A stretch of 62,155 bases of DNA, the filler included, from Rhabdomonas costata (Eukaryota): the NCBI GenBank assembly GCA_019059605.1. It is 33 parts of 33 records of this genome, joined end to end, with 100 filler letters (N's around TTAATTAATTAA, not from the genome) between each part and the next. Parts side by side here need not be neighbours in the genome. Positions count along the whole stretch, not along the records: positions 33,967 to 35,752 come from JAHMHO010009063.1; positions 35,853 to 37,637 come from JAHMHO010009064.1; positions 37,738 to 39,523 come from JAHMHO010009065.1; positions 39,624 to 41,411 come from JAHMHO010009066.1; positions 41,512 to 43,297 come from JAHMHO010009067.1; positions 43,398 to 45,183 come from JAHMHO010009068.1; positions 45,284 to 47,069 come from JAHMHO010009069.1; positions 47,170 to 48,955 come from JAHMHO010009070.1; 25 more parts are not named here. One strand, 5' to 3'. Within the stretch, counting starts at the first letter, position 1; each line of letters opens with the position of its first letter. This document shows positions 35,621-48,201 of the stretch, in pieces. Under the pieces are notes generated by a model. The model did no database searches and was not told where the DNA came from. It worked only from the letters and a program-made list of their open reading frames with translations. A program made the translations under genes and the position numbers.

Positions 35621-38291
35621 GGTTCGTACTCGACTCGAGGCAAGCAAGAGGGGGTGCCCCCACCCGGGCGCTCTGGTCTGTGGGTCCTCAGTTGCCTTCT
35701 ATGGCCATTCTCTGATCCAGAATGGCGCCTGGGGACTGAGGACCCACAACCCNNNNNNNNNNNNNNNNNNNNNNNNNNNNNNNNNNNNNNNNNNNNTTAA
35801 TTAATTAANNNNNNNNNNNNNNNNNNNNNNNNNNNNNNNNNNNNNNNNNNNNCAAAGTAACAAGTCTGGGGTGCAGCGATGCAAACTTTCCAGCGACACG
35901 CTGTTAAAAAAAACAAGAACGCTGACTTGCACCAAAACATAATCCACTCCAGGTTTTTTTAATTGCACCTTTTCTTCTTTGACTTAGGGACAGCACCTTC
36001 CAGGATGCAGCACCCATGTCTCCCACCACCGTGTGAGTGGGGTGGAGAGTGGAGGGTAGAAGTGACGATGAGCAAAAACAGCTGGCTTTAAAGGGGAGCA
36101 GTCGGGCAATCTCGCTGTGGAGAAGGGGTGGTGGTGGTTGTGGTGGTAAGGGATGTAGCGTACAGAGTTTGCTTTAACTCAGGACGGCTTTCTGGATCAG
36201 AAACTGTCCGCCCAGACCGGGCCCGTCTCAAAAGCTAGCAAGTATGAGAAGGGAGAGAGACGCGGAGGAGTGTGGTCGGAGTGAGGTGGAAGAGCCGAAC
36301 GCGGCTACGGATCGCGGGGGAATTTGGAGAACTCCTGACCTGCAACGGCTCGCCCCAAGAAAAAAAACGGAGAAGAGATCACCGACAAAAGAGAAATGGA
36401 GGGAAGGGAAATGGGGGGTGGGGAGGCGTGCTTCAAAACACTGCAGCTCAAGAAGAGGGGCAGAAAGCTGCAAGGCAGCATAGGGGAAGGCATCTGTTAG
36501 TGTGCGTTCATACAGTTCAAACTGTATTCGTTTTTCGGTTGTCGGCCTGCATATGTTGCGCCGCTTTTTTTCTTTTGCTTCTTTTTCGGGGGGGGGGATT
36601 CTTCTCACGTACAACCCCAAATGTGTTTGGATAGCACGCTGGTGGATGACGGGCTGCTCTTTCGAGCACATGGTGCTAGTCATATCGGTCACAAATTCTC
36701 GAGCTCTCTGACATGCAGCCAATGAATGTGTTAACTCACCGAAGGCATAACGCGCTGGCTGTTGGCGACATTCTGAGGTGTTGCATTACGTCAGGGAACC
36801 AGCAAAAGTTCCACACATGCACAAAGACCAGTAGAGTCAATGTCGTGCCACTGGTCTCAAATGGGCGTCCAAATCTCGAATCCTGTTGGTGTACGCGGGG
36901 CCAAGAACTTGAGTCCTGTCCAGGTGACAAAAGTCTCAGTTTACAGTGCAGCCACTTGAATGTCATTACTGCATGCTTCTCAAAACGCGGGGGGGGGGCT
37001 GTGTAATGGGGTTCCCATTAGCCTGCGGAAGATGGTGTGCACCCTATGACTGCGCAGCCAGCGGTGGAAAATTGGAAAAATGCTCCTCTCATTCGATTTC
37101 CATCCAAGTTCGTGCTTTGGTGTGGGCATTTGCGTGTGCACAAGTGCCTGTGTTGTGTCCAAAAATGATGCGGTGCGCTCCAACACTCACTTTTGCAGTG
37201 AAGCAGAGGCACACAGTGCTGGCACGCTAATGCACGTGCGGGCCTCAAACCTCCCTTTACTAGCGGCACCATTGGCCCTCTATCGGTTTCGGGGACTCCG
37301 AGGTTGTTCAGGGCAGCATCAAGCCGAAACGGCTTCGTAAGTGATACTCTCTGCACGCTGCACGGTGAAGGGGGCATTTGGGCACGGCTGACTTCCCGCT
37401 AAAAGTCTTCTCTCTCCTACCGCTTCAATTCCTTTCCATTGTTTGACACCTTGCCTGAAACCCATTCATACATCCCCATCCACGGTGGTGAAAGGCATGG
37501 AATGACGAGCGAACGAACGAGAGAGACCTATCGTACAAGACCTTTGCAATTGCTTCCAACAGTACTCAAGTACAGCTGCAGAGAGTATCACTTACGAAGC
37601 CGTTCCGGCTTGATGCTGCCCTGAACAACCACACCCCNNNNNNNNNNNNNNNNNNNNNNNNNNNNNNNNNNNNNNNNNNNNTTAATTAATTAANNNNNNN
37701 NNNNNNNNNNNNNNNNNNNNNNNNNNNNNNNNNNNNNTTGTTTTTTGAAATGCAGGGGCCCCTTAACTCTGTAGAAGTGGGAAGCCGACCGACACAAAAG
37801 GGATACCACTGTCCCTGGACAAAAGAAGTCACTCTTCATCGTCTCAGGGTGCTCGTTAAGAAATACTCACATTGGCCCGAGAACGAACTCACAATACACA
37901 GACACACCGCAGCGAAGGTCTGCGAGCCGGAGCTAATATCCTTTCGACACTTCTGTTTTGAACCGGAGTTACTGTACGAGCAGGACGAGGAGAAAAAGTA
38001 ATTACTAGAGAAATCTCAGCAGAGATCCTCAGAGCCCAAAAAACAGAGTGTGGTTGTCCGTCTACAATGAGCCGGATGGTCTGCACGTTGTTGCTTCTTG
38101 ATTTCCCTGTCCTGCAAAAAAAGAAACGCGTTTGAGTCCCCGCTGATCCCTCAAAACCACATACGCCAGGATGGGCTTAGCCAGTATAGGTTCTCACCGG
38201 ATTTGAAAAAATATCCTTAAATTGGAGAAGTGGAGGTACTGGTGGGGTGTCTTCCTCTTCCCCGAAAACCTGAAGGAGTGGTGATCTCCAC

Positions 38292-39352
38292 CTTTCCCCC
38301 GCTGGGGAGACCGTTGCCGCAGTCCGCCGCCTGTAACGAGGCCAGGAAGTCCCGGGGGGTCGACGCGAAGGCGCCGCCGTCGAACACCATTGTGGTCTTG
38401 GCGTACTGGAAGTCTGCACCGCGGGGGCGCCATGAGGAGAGTGCGCGATTGCGGACCGGGATGTTTTATGTGCAGAGGGTGTAAAAGGAAAAGAATCGTA
38501 CTCAAGCGCGTTGGGAAGATGCCGACCACGGGACTCCGATTTCGACTTCGACTTCGATGAAGATGGAAAAAACTGTGCAAATGTACTGCCCAATCGCGGG
38601 TGCTAATTTCCCAGCCAACGGCAACGGGGCAGCCAACCACAATTGCGGTCAACCCCCCCCCCAGGGAAAACTAATTCAGCTCAGTATGGCAGGCGCGACG
38701 AGGAAATTACCTGCCGCAACGAGCCCGTCGCCGAACCAACAGGGAAACAGAAATGCCTGGAGCGTGAGATGATAGAGTGCAGCACCACCCGAGGAAAGGG
38801 AGCAAGAAGGCATCAGAGCTGTAGTGACAGCAAAACCAACTCAAGAATTCTAGTAGGCGCATCAAACATAGTACGCACACACGCACGCACACACACAGGC
38901 GCACACGTACCCACGGCGGCGGGGTTAAGGGTCCACAGCTGAGTCAGAAGCTGCACAAACGAAGTGTCACCGAACTTGTACCCTCCGAAGGTGTAGGTCG
39001 TGGTGGTGGACTCGCAGGTCTCCAAAGTTGGGGGAACAACCACGGGAACCATCGCTGGCGACCGCCGCAGCGCGGGCCCCACGGCGTTCACTGAGCGTAA
39101 ACGCCCCCCCCCCCACACACACCCACGAACAAAGACAAGCAGGAAGCAGAAACCCTTACCGGCATTAACGGTTAACGGGTAACGGGTACCCTTAGCGGCG
39201 TTAACAGTACCCTGTGGAACGTGATCCCTCATGAACTCTTCTTCACCATACTCCGGGATTAGTGCATTGTTAAAAGTCGTGGTGTTCGATAGTTGGGTCA
39301 GAAGGGCAAGCTCCAGGAAGAAGAGACACGCGACAGAAGAGGATGTCAACAT
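38292..39352 (-). CDS. Unidentified, possibly secreted protein, 3 exons
   Basis: Exons 39352-39160, 39090-38911 and 38413-38292 splice in phase (GT-AG): MLTSSSVACLFFLELALLTQLS...YPLTVNA|VNAVGPALRRSPAMVPVVVPPTLETCESTTTTYTFGGYKFGDTSFVQLLTQLWTLNPAAV|DFQYAKTTMVFDGGAFASTPRDFLASLQAADCGNGLPSGGK. Confidence 0.6.
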
Positions 39353-40006
39353 TTCAACGCAAACATGTGCAGACACTGAAAAGGCAGTGCAAAGACATCA
39401 CATGGGTGAAAGGCAGGGCCTCACGGCCCAATCCATGGAATATTTCGATCCGCATCCAGCGTTGAGGATACTCTGTTTTTTTTGTTGTTTTGGTAACACG
39501 TTACCACGCAACACGCAACACACNNNNNNNNNNNNNNNNNNNNNNNNNNNNNNNNNNNNNNNNNNNNTTAATTAATTAANNNNNNNNNNNNNNNNNNNNN
39601 NNNNNNNNNNNNNNNNNNNNNNNTGTGTTGGTGGATCTCGCTGTGTTTGTGTGTTTGTGAGTGAGCGTGTGTGTGTGTGTGTATGTGTGTGTTGGGCGCA
39701 TTGCACTCTGGCTGTTGCCTGGTTGACTGGTTGCGTGGTTTTTGGTGACCACTGTGCATTGACGGGCTGACGGGCGCACGAGGTTCCGTTGGAATGCCGT
39801 GGGGTACGGGCTGAGTGAGTGATTGTGTGTTTTCAGGAGCCACAGTGCTTCCGCTCCCACCAGCATGTGACGTATTTTGTATTTTGAGGGCATAACGCGT
39901 GCGCGCTTCTGCGAAGTCGGCCATCATCTTCTGCAGTGGGCGTATTTTCTGCCAGCGAGACACAGCGGCGTTGTCCGATCCCCACTCCTCACCTCCCCCC
40001 CCCCAG

Positions 40007-41013
40007 CTTGCTTGATGCAACCCACGAGAACGGCGTTTGTGTAGTTTTCAACCCGAAACGGGTGCAAATAGCACTGAGCACCACCAACCACGAATATCGT
40101 GAGCTCACCCCTCCAGCGCAGAAGGCGATGCACATGTTGTAAAACTTCGTAAAGGTTCACAAGGACCTATTGATGTGCTTTTCGAGGTGATTCCAGCAGG
40201 GACAGGTTGCCGTTTGTGGATGTGCTTGATCGCAGCGTACGGCGTGATCACCATCTTCAACATCACCACCTTGCACAGCACATTTTACCTCAGCCGTCAT
40301 ACCCCGGCACGCGACGGGGTGCTCTCGTCGGACCTCAACCCCGATGCCCTCGCCGCGGTCTCCACGCACTACTGGTGTGATTTTGGTGCCGGAGGTGCTG
40401 CCCGCGGGGTTAAGGCAGTTGCAGCAGTTAGTTGTGTTGGCATGGGGTGTCTAGCAGTTGATTTTATCTCTTTCCTTTGCTTCTTGATGATTAAGTGCAT
40501 CTATTGTGGGGAATAAAGGCATTCTTAGGTGCGATTTGTTTAGCATTTGGGCGCGACAGTTGGTTGCCAGTGAGCCATCAAGCTGCCAAACCTTGGGCAT
40601 TTCGAATTTGGGGCTTTTTCGCTGATTGTTGTTCTCCTCTGGGTGTTTTCGGTTGGGACTGGGGAGCTGTATCGCATGGGATCCATTCAATTGCGATCGA
40701 TCGAGCGGTTACTACCTGGTCGTCTGTAAAATCTCCACGGCGCCCGTGACCCCATCCCTAGTCATTCGGTGCAGTGCAGTCGCTGTCGGTCGCGGTTGGG
40801 TATGCAATGCTTCTGCAATGTGCATGCCTCAATACTTCGGGGGGTCCATGCAGGCCGGACCAGGACAGTGAGGGGGAGAGTGACGATGGGCGCGAGGGAG
40901 GTCGGAGGACCCCCCGAATGGCCCGCACCTCGACCTCCGCCGCTCTGGAGGGGCTCTTGTCGTCGAGCTCGTTCAAGGCCGTCGAGGGGATGGTGTACAT
41001 GCCCCGCAATGAG
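40007..41013 (+). CDS. Unidentified protein, 3 exons
   Basis: Exons 40007-40098, 40200-40374 and 40854-41013 have compatible phases and donors GTGAGC, GTGTGA, GTGCGC: LLDATHENGVCVVFNPKRVQIALSTTNHEY|RTGCRLWMCLIAAYGVITIFNITTLHSTFYLSRH...STHY|WPDQDSEGESDDG...MVYMPRNE. Confidence 0.55.
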
Positions 41014-41296
41014 GTGCGCTAGCCCCCCCTGATTGCCATGGAGCGAACCCTGTGGTTATGAATGCATCCATCCGTGACCCAGCAATAGATCCAGGTAACT
41101 TGCCCTCAAAATCCCTCAAAATCAGAACCCCTTGTTGTCCCTTCAGTGAGTAGCAGTGGTGGTAATTCTGATTATCCCCCTCCCTCCCCAAGTTTCGTAG
41201 ACCCAAAACTTGCAACAGGGGGTTATGCTTATCCGAAAAGAATCATCGTCACCGTTATATCCGAAAAGAAGACTTTGTCAGCCGCCAGTTTTATTC

Positions 41297-41406
41297 TTTG
41301 TGCGAGTCCCAGGCTCCTAATCAGTCACAGAGAGCGGCAAGGGAGCCGTTTCAGCGATGTCTGCTCTGGTTGCTGTGACTGATTAGGAGCCTGGGACTCG
41401 CACAAA
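41297..41406. repeat. 34-bp perfect inverted repeat (hairpin) at contig end
   Basis: tttgtgcgagtcccaggctcctaatcagtcacag (41297-41330) pairs with 41373-41406 around a 42-nt spacer. Confidence 0.9.
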
Positions 41407-44400
41407 AAAACNNNNNNNNNNNNNNNNNNNNNNNNNNNNNNNNNNNNNNNNNNNNTTAATTAATTAANNNNNNNNNNNNNNNNNNNNNNNNNNNNNNNNN
41501 NNNNNNNNNNNGGTTTGGGGGTGCAGGCGCAGGAAGCGCGCCCTCTGGAGGTTGCGCAGGACAACGTCCTGGGGAAGCGGCTCCCGCGATGGAGCTGGCA
41601 GCGACGAAAAATGGACGGTCTTCTGCATTATTGTATAAGGTCACTTTCACAGGGAATGTACAAGATGAAAGCCGAGCTGTGGATACGGCGACAAGTAGGT
41701 AATGGTCGACACGCTATCACGTATCAGGCAGAAACACAACACTACTGGTACATCAAAGCGGGCCATAAACACAGGATCTCTCAAGATCCCGAAGCAAGCA
41801 ACCATTCTGTATTCGCCGATGATTAAGGCTTCTTGCAAAAGCAGCAGAACGGTCTCACCACCATGTCCAAAAAGAACAGAATACAGCTCAGACCTCATCC
41901 TGGTCGCCGGCCAACACACAAAGCGGCCACCCCACCTCCGAGCTGAATCGCACACCATTGGCGCGCCGGTTGAGTGCAACCTTTCCCATTCTCTTTTCCC
42001 ATTTCAAGGCAGTGCCACACACCACAGAGCAGAAGTGATCCCACAAATATAAAAAGGAGGCCGGGGCCTCCCACAAACACAAACAGAATGGTAACACTAC
42101 GGAAAACTCACAACCGCCTTCTACTCTGCCGCGCTTCTCTCAAAACATTTACAAAGAAATGAGCTCTCATCACACAGCGCTGCTCCGCAGCGTCGGGCAT
42201 GTCAATGAAGGAGTGTGCATACAGAACCGCAGCCAAAAACCTCGTCCATAAATTCAAGTGTTTTAAAGCGCCACAGGCGGCAGCACAAGGGAATGGGCTG
42301 GGCAAAGCCGGCCATGGCACACCAAAATCCAAGCACAGCAAGTAACTACGCGGTAAGGTGAGGCAGGGCACTCCCGAGGTACCGGGCGTCCCACGGTAGA
42401 TGTACCAAATTAATTGGACATCTTTTCTTCCATCAAATACCCGATGACATGGCAGACGTTTTACTGGTTGACGCTATTCGACGTTAGGCGGCCCATTTGG
42501 GGTGAGGAGACCTGGGAGGTAACTGCTACCTAGAATCTTTTGTGGTGCTGCGCAGGTTATCAATCGGTTTTGAATTGCCTCGAGAGAGCTGAAAAATAGA
42601 AACAAACTCAGCATCGTCTGGGAATCATCGACACAGTTCTGGCTGTGGGGCTGTAGTGGCAGCGTGGCAGCGGGGTTCCATCACTGCAGCACTTCCCGAC
42701 TTCCGCAGTGAAAACCACCAACGAGCACCCAGCTCGCGTGAGCTGTGGCCTGTGTCCAGTCGCGCGGAAGAGACCTCCCCTGAAGACGGGAATGCAGCAC
42801 TGCGGGCTATTCGCCGCGCCCTTTGCCGGAAAGCTCGCCTTGAGATTCCAAGCTGCTCGTGCCATGCGTGAGCGACTCTCCTCGTCTACCACTGCTAATG
42901 GCTCATGCCATCCACATTGGCCAGTGAGGACTGGTGCAGGGCGCAGTGGAGGCCACATGGTAGCTTTTGGCGGTGATACCGGATAATGATTGATGAGGCA
43001 TGGGTGAAGTCCTGGGCGTCACCCTGACGCACTCTGCTGCCGCCAGGGAGCCGAAATGGGCTGCTTTGAGGTACTGCAAAGCTATTTTCTCCTCAGACCT
43101 CGACGTGCATTTGAAGCGGGCGTGGTTTCAAGGGCAGTTTCAGGGGTCGGAGCCACTCCCCACGCCAAACTTAAAGTGTTGGCCTTCCTTCATCGCACCT
43201 TGGCCACTCTCAGCATGTTTTCCATCTTATATTCCATTTTTACTGACCCCTATTATTGGCGTATCCTAACACAACTTTTTGGAGCGAAGTATACCCANNN
43301 NNNNNNNNNNNNNNNNNNNNNNNNNNNNNNNNNNNNNNNNNTTAATTAATTAANNNNNNNNNNNNNNNNNNNNNNNNNNNNNNNNNNNNNNNNNNNNTGT
43401 GGGTGGGGAGTCATTGGGAGCAACTGTTGTTGAAGATGTTTTCCCAGCATATTTTTCATTTTTATCGTGTTCTTTTTTTTTTTTGAAGAAGTCGTGGCGT
43501 GAGTTTCTGTGTTGTGTGCTCTCAGCCACGAGTCCGCTAACATCAGGCGGGGCGCGGTCCTCGCAAGGTTTGGAATTTCAGGGAAGGGGTCTCGCACCTG
43601 GAATGCATTCCATGGCTCTCCTCCGATTCAAGATGGGAGCCCATCTCCAATGGGCGGCACGTTTGCATACCTTTATTCTACCTTTCTTACATGAGACTTT
43701 CGGTGATGGGCTTTGCTGTACGAGTGTGAGTTGCCTAAACTTGATGGTTAGAGAAAGGATGACCTGTATCAGCTACCTGTAGATGAGATAATTTGGTCAT
43801 GCAAACATTCTCCGTGTCGTTGCGTTGTGCTAACTGTTTAGCAGGCATTACTCTGGTTGGTCTGGTTGGTTGGTCCACCCAACCACCATAACTGTGGTTG
43901 AGGCACCCCCCCCCCTTGTTTGTTTGAGCTACGCTGTACTCCGTGTGCTCCGTGACACCCTGCAGGAATACTGGCCCACTGCAGCAAAATCGGAACCCCA
44001 GGATAACAAGTGTTCTATCGGAATTTCTGCATCATAAATTTGTTTGCAACTTCCTTAACAAGTGTACTCTGTAGTCACTGAAAGTCTTCGATTCGAGTTG
44101 TAGACGTGCATCGTGTTTTCTTTTGCCCTGCGATAACATCGAGTTAAATTGCTCACACAGTCAGCGTGAGTCTTACTCGCTGTAACCCAACGTGTCGACC
44201 TGCCTTTCCACCATACATTTTTCTTTTCGATTTTTTCAAATTTGTTGGGGCTTTTTCCTGGGGTCCGTCTGCCCTTTGGTGCGCATCTCAGGCGTTCCCT
44301 TCCGCAGGGTGGACCCGACGAAGGTCGGTCCAGTGCGTCTTTCTCATTTAACGCGCGTTCCATTTATCAAAAGTGAGAAGCAACGGAGCAACTGATGTCA

Positions 44401-45815
44401 CCAGAACATCTGGAAAACTTTGGTGGATCTCTTTAGTAACCTGACCTTACAACCTTCCGTTGCAGAAGAAACAAGCTGAGACACAAACTGAGACTCCATG
44501 TAAGTCCAAAAGGGACCTTTTGGTTCCACTTTTTCTCCTCTCGCTTTTTGAGATGGCATGGGGTGACATGTTTGGTTCCGTTCTCCAAGCGTTAGCGGCA
44601 GGTGGTTGCCGATATTCTCGAGAGCCGGCCTGCACCCTCGTACCACAAGTTTATCTACCCCTCACACGAAAATTTGGGGGTTTAGCGTTTTTGTTGGGGG
44701 GGCTCATCTTTTGTGTGAATCTGATTCGGCCTTCAGGTTACTTTTGCCAACGAGGCGCTGAAGGACAACTCCGTGAAGCTGCGAGAAAGTACTGTCTGCA
44801 CTCTTTTGTATCCAGAGTCGAGCCACGTGGCCCATTCTTTGGTTTCCCTGTCTCGTTCGCTGAAGTTACATGAGACTACTTTGAACAGATACTTCGGGCT
44901 ACTCCTGCTCGGAGCCTCGAGCAGCTCTGTTTTGGAATTTTCGAGTTTTCTTTTTGCCGTTTACTTTGATGGTCTAGTGAAGCAATATTTTGTCTTGAGC
45001 TACAGAATGCAGTGGCTTAGCAATGCCCCAGTCACTCGTCACCCCTAAAATTTTGCGTTCGCATGGACTACACATAAAGATTTCAGCATTTTTAGTGAAC
45101 AGGTCATTTTTCCTGTAGCCAGGTTCCCTTGTTTGTTCCCGAAGCTGAGTGAAACTCGTTTCAACGCCCCCCCCCCACCCCCCNNNNNNNNNNNNNNNNN
45201 NNNNNNNNNNNNNNNNNNNNNNNNNNNTTAATTAATTAANNNNNNNNNNNNNNNNNNNNNNNNNNNNNNNNNNNNNNNNNNNNTTGTTTGTTTTCCTCTT
45301 ACAAAACTGGGCCTGGGACAGGTGGATGGGAACCGGAGTAGCTGGCTGACTTGCATGGAATGGCCGGGTACAGGTGCCCGATGTGACTCTTAGAGGCAGC
45401 CGTGGAGGGTTTCTTCCCCCATCGACGCAAACCGTGCGATTTGGCGATGAATGGAGAACCGATTCTGCGATTTTTTGAGTGGCCGTTGGGCGGCCGCGAG
45501 CAGATTACAACCGTTGAAGTAACTGAGGGCACAGATTCAATGTTTATCAAGCACCGCTGCATTTGTTCTAAAGAAAGGAAGCAGCGGATCTCCGCAAGCT
45601 GTTCATTCTGCGCAAATTAGGCGCAGCACGAAAGACCCCTTGGGAAGTGAGGAAATTTTTATTCTGCCCCTGGCAAAGAATGGTTTTCTTTGTGAACATT
45701 ACAGCGGTATTGTGAACCGCCACATCAACCGAAGTGGGTGCATGATCTCACCGGAAATCATTTGTAGCCTTCCGCCCCACTCCATCTATTCAGTCATCAT
45801 TTCTGTTTTTCTGCC

Positions 45816-46593
45816 ATGAAAAGCCGGTCCTCGGCGTGGGCAGTAGCTCGAGCTCTGGGTTTCCTGTTGGTCGGGGGGGTCACCAATGTGCTCTTCCTGG
45901 AGTGTATAGTGCGGCACCCGGAGGCTGCAGGGTCTGGATCCTTGATCACCCTCGGCCACTTCTTGGCCATCGCCTTGGGGGAGGGGCTTCTCTTGGACGG
46001 GCTGGTCGTGCTGCGGCCCTGGAGACCGTTTGTGAGGCTTCGCCCGCTGCAGCTGCCCTTGAAGACTGTGGGAGCCGTAGTGGTGGCCTTCTGGTCTGCC
46101 CTCTCCCATTTCCCTCGTACTCACCTCAGTGCGTGGCCATTTCTTCTTCTTTCCATTTTCGGTGTGGTGGTTGCGATGCACATACACCCAGCCTTTACCA
46201 CTCAGCTAAAGGGGAGGGCGGGTGGAGCTGATTCTATGTGTATGTGAGGGCTAGTGCGAGCACTTGCGGCAGGAGCGCGAGGATCAGCGGCACGATGCTT
46301 GTGGTCCCCACCATATTGGAGTGCCGCTGATGATGATGATGATGGTGATCATGATGGTGATCATGATGATCTCTTTTTGAATTGTTGTGAGGTAGAACTG
46401 CGGGTAGTGTGCACCGGGGAATATTGCTGGGAGCTCCGGTGTTGCAGCTGCAGCTGGTGCAGGGTTCACCTTGGCCCTTTCTGCTTTACATAGGGCGGGA
46501 AACGTTCTTAACAACCTGGCCTTTGGGTTCCACATCGCGGTGCCCCTGCACACCCTGTTCCGGTCGCTCAGCCTGGCGACGAACATGCTTCTG
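45816..46593 (+). CDS. SLC35B4: UAA-family nucleotide-sugar transporter (SLC35B4/YEA4-like), first 2 exons
   Basis: Exons 45816-46093 and 46494-46593 give MKSRSSAWAVARALGFLLVGGVTNVLFLECIV...GSLITLGHFLAIA...LPLKTVGAVVVAFW|AGNVLNNLAFGFHIAVPLHTLFRSLSLATNMLL. This matches the SLC35B4/YEA4 motifs NV..LE, NN.A..F.I..PLH..FRS.SL..NM. Confidence 0.88.
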
Positions 46594-47674
46594 GTGCAGC
46601 CTTTCTTTCTATCATTTTTTCGTTTTTCAACTGGCGTGGAGGACCTTACTATGATGTGTCGGGTGCATGGTAAGTGAAGTACACACCCCATGGGCCATAT
46701 GCTGAGGGTGTAAATGGATTGCGGTGGAGGGTTTCCGTATTCCAAGAACGAGTGCATCGCAAAGGAAACGCCGCCTTCAAGTCTGAGCCATGGGTGTTGT
46801 ATTTTCTCCTGGTGAGGCCACTGCTTGGGATTAGGTAATGGTTTAGTTAGGAAATGGTGTTCAACGTTTAACGTTCGACCCCATTGAACTGTCATTTTTC
46901 ACCAATTGACTTCGACTTGAACTGGTGCAGAAAGCTGTCTATGCATAGCGTGCTCTCGCTTCGAAAAAAAACTGCCTTGGTTTCGAAACAGATACCTTTT
47001 CCCAAATATCGAAGGTACGCAACCCCAAGCACGTCACAATTGCAAAACTACCTCATGCGACCAACAACANNNNNNNNNNNNNNNNNNNNNNNNNNNNNNN
47101 NNNNNNNNNNNNNTTAATTAATTAANNNNNNNNNNNNNNNNNNNNNNNNNNNNNNNNNNNNNNNNNNNNGTGGTTTTGTGAAAGCTATCTCCCCTTGCCG
47201 GGTTTTGTTTGGCTTCTTCTTCGAAACTTCTTTGACCTCCTGCCGTTGCTCATTTTCCGGTTTTTTATCCTCGGTTGAGAACGGCGGCAGTTGTTCGCAT
47301 TTTTTTCCGCCAGATTCTGACGTGTCGCAGGCCACCTTCAGGATTTCGGCTGGTTTGGGTTCGGGGTTCTGATTGTCTGGACCCTGTATTCACAGTCGTG
47401 GAGGTCCAGTTTGTTTTTGGTTCTTCCTTCAGCTGTATGCTGCTTGTGTGAACTGATAAGGCTTATATTCTTCTGTGGGCTGGGTGTTCAACGGTTGTCT
47501 CGCAAACCTTTCAGAATCAGTTGCTAATGAAAATTTTTGTTTCCTCATGCTCCTGATGGCTGAAGCCGTGTTGGATTTGTCGAATTTGGTCCGGGGCTGC
47601 GTTTGCTTTCCAATTCTTCTTTTTGTGCATTGCAACTGTTGGCATCCGAAACATGAAGAAAACGGGGTTTTTAG

Positions 47675-48201
47675 GGTGGATTTGAAAATGACCGACGTCC
47701 TCTATACGTCGCACGTGCATCGCATGGTGGTGGTGTACATCCGGGAAAAGCCGCTCCGCATCTTGCAAAAGGTTAACGTCTTGCAAAAGGCAAGTTCACT
47801 GCTAACCAATGAAACGAGCAGGCTTGTCATCTATCACTGTGGTTTGTTGGCAGGCTTCTCGTTTGGCTACGGAGGCAAAGAGTTGAGAACGGGCGACTTT
47901 GAGGTTCTGGCGTGGACTCAAAGCGCCAAGGTAATGTGCAGAAATTCACTGTATAAAAACACATCGCGGATTACTTATTTCAATCCTTGTATATGGCTGT
48001 TTGTCGTCTCAGTCGTCTCAGGTGTTTGTGATTTCAGGGATTTTTTTTTAGGGGACGGATGCCATCATTGCCGACGACATGTCTCGGTAGTTGCTGTTTG
48101 GGAAGTTGGATTGCATTTTTCAAATGTCTTCATCATTTGACCTCGCCTTTCCATCTTCCTGTTTTCAGGCCTCTCTCGTTGCCGTTAAACTCGGTGGCTG
48201 A
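47675..48201 (+). CDS. DM9-repeat (DUF3421) protein, C-terminal exons
   Basis: Exons 47675-47771, 47854-47930 and probably 48169-48201 give GGFENDRRPLYVARASHGGGVHPGKAAPHLAK|GFSFGYGGKELRTGDFEVLAWTQSAK|ASLVAVKLGG-TGA. This is the DM9 pattern GG.E.D..PLYVARA.H.G..HPGK...YGG.E...EVL. The first exon is in a frame the ORF track does not list. Confidence 0.85.

Noticed and set aside
42360..43260. Possible pre-RT region of another CRE-like element (AWQRG...AIRRAL.RKAR)
   Set aside because: The resemblance is too weak and no RT motif such as RPIAVG or YLDD can be read.
47475..48140. 221-aa ORF as a single-exon gene
   Set aside because: It runs through introns. The recognisable product (DM9) needs splicing and a different frame for the first exon.
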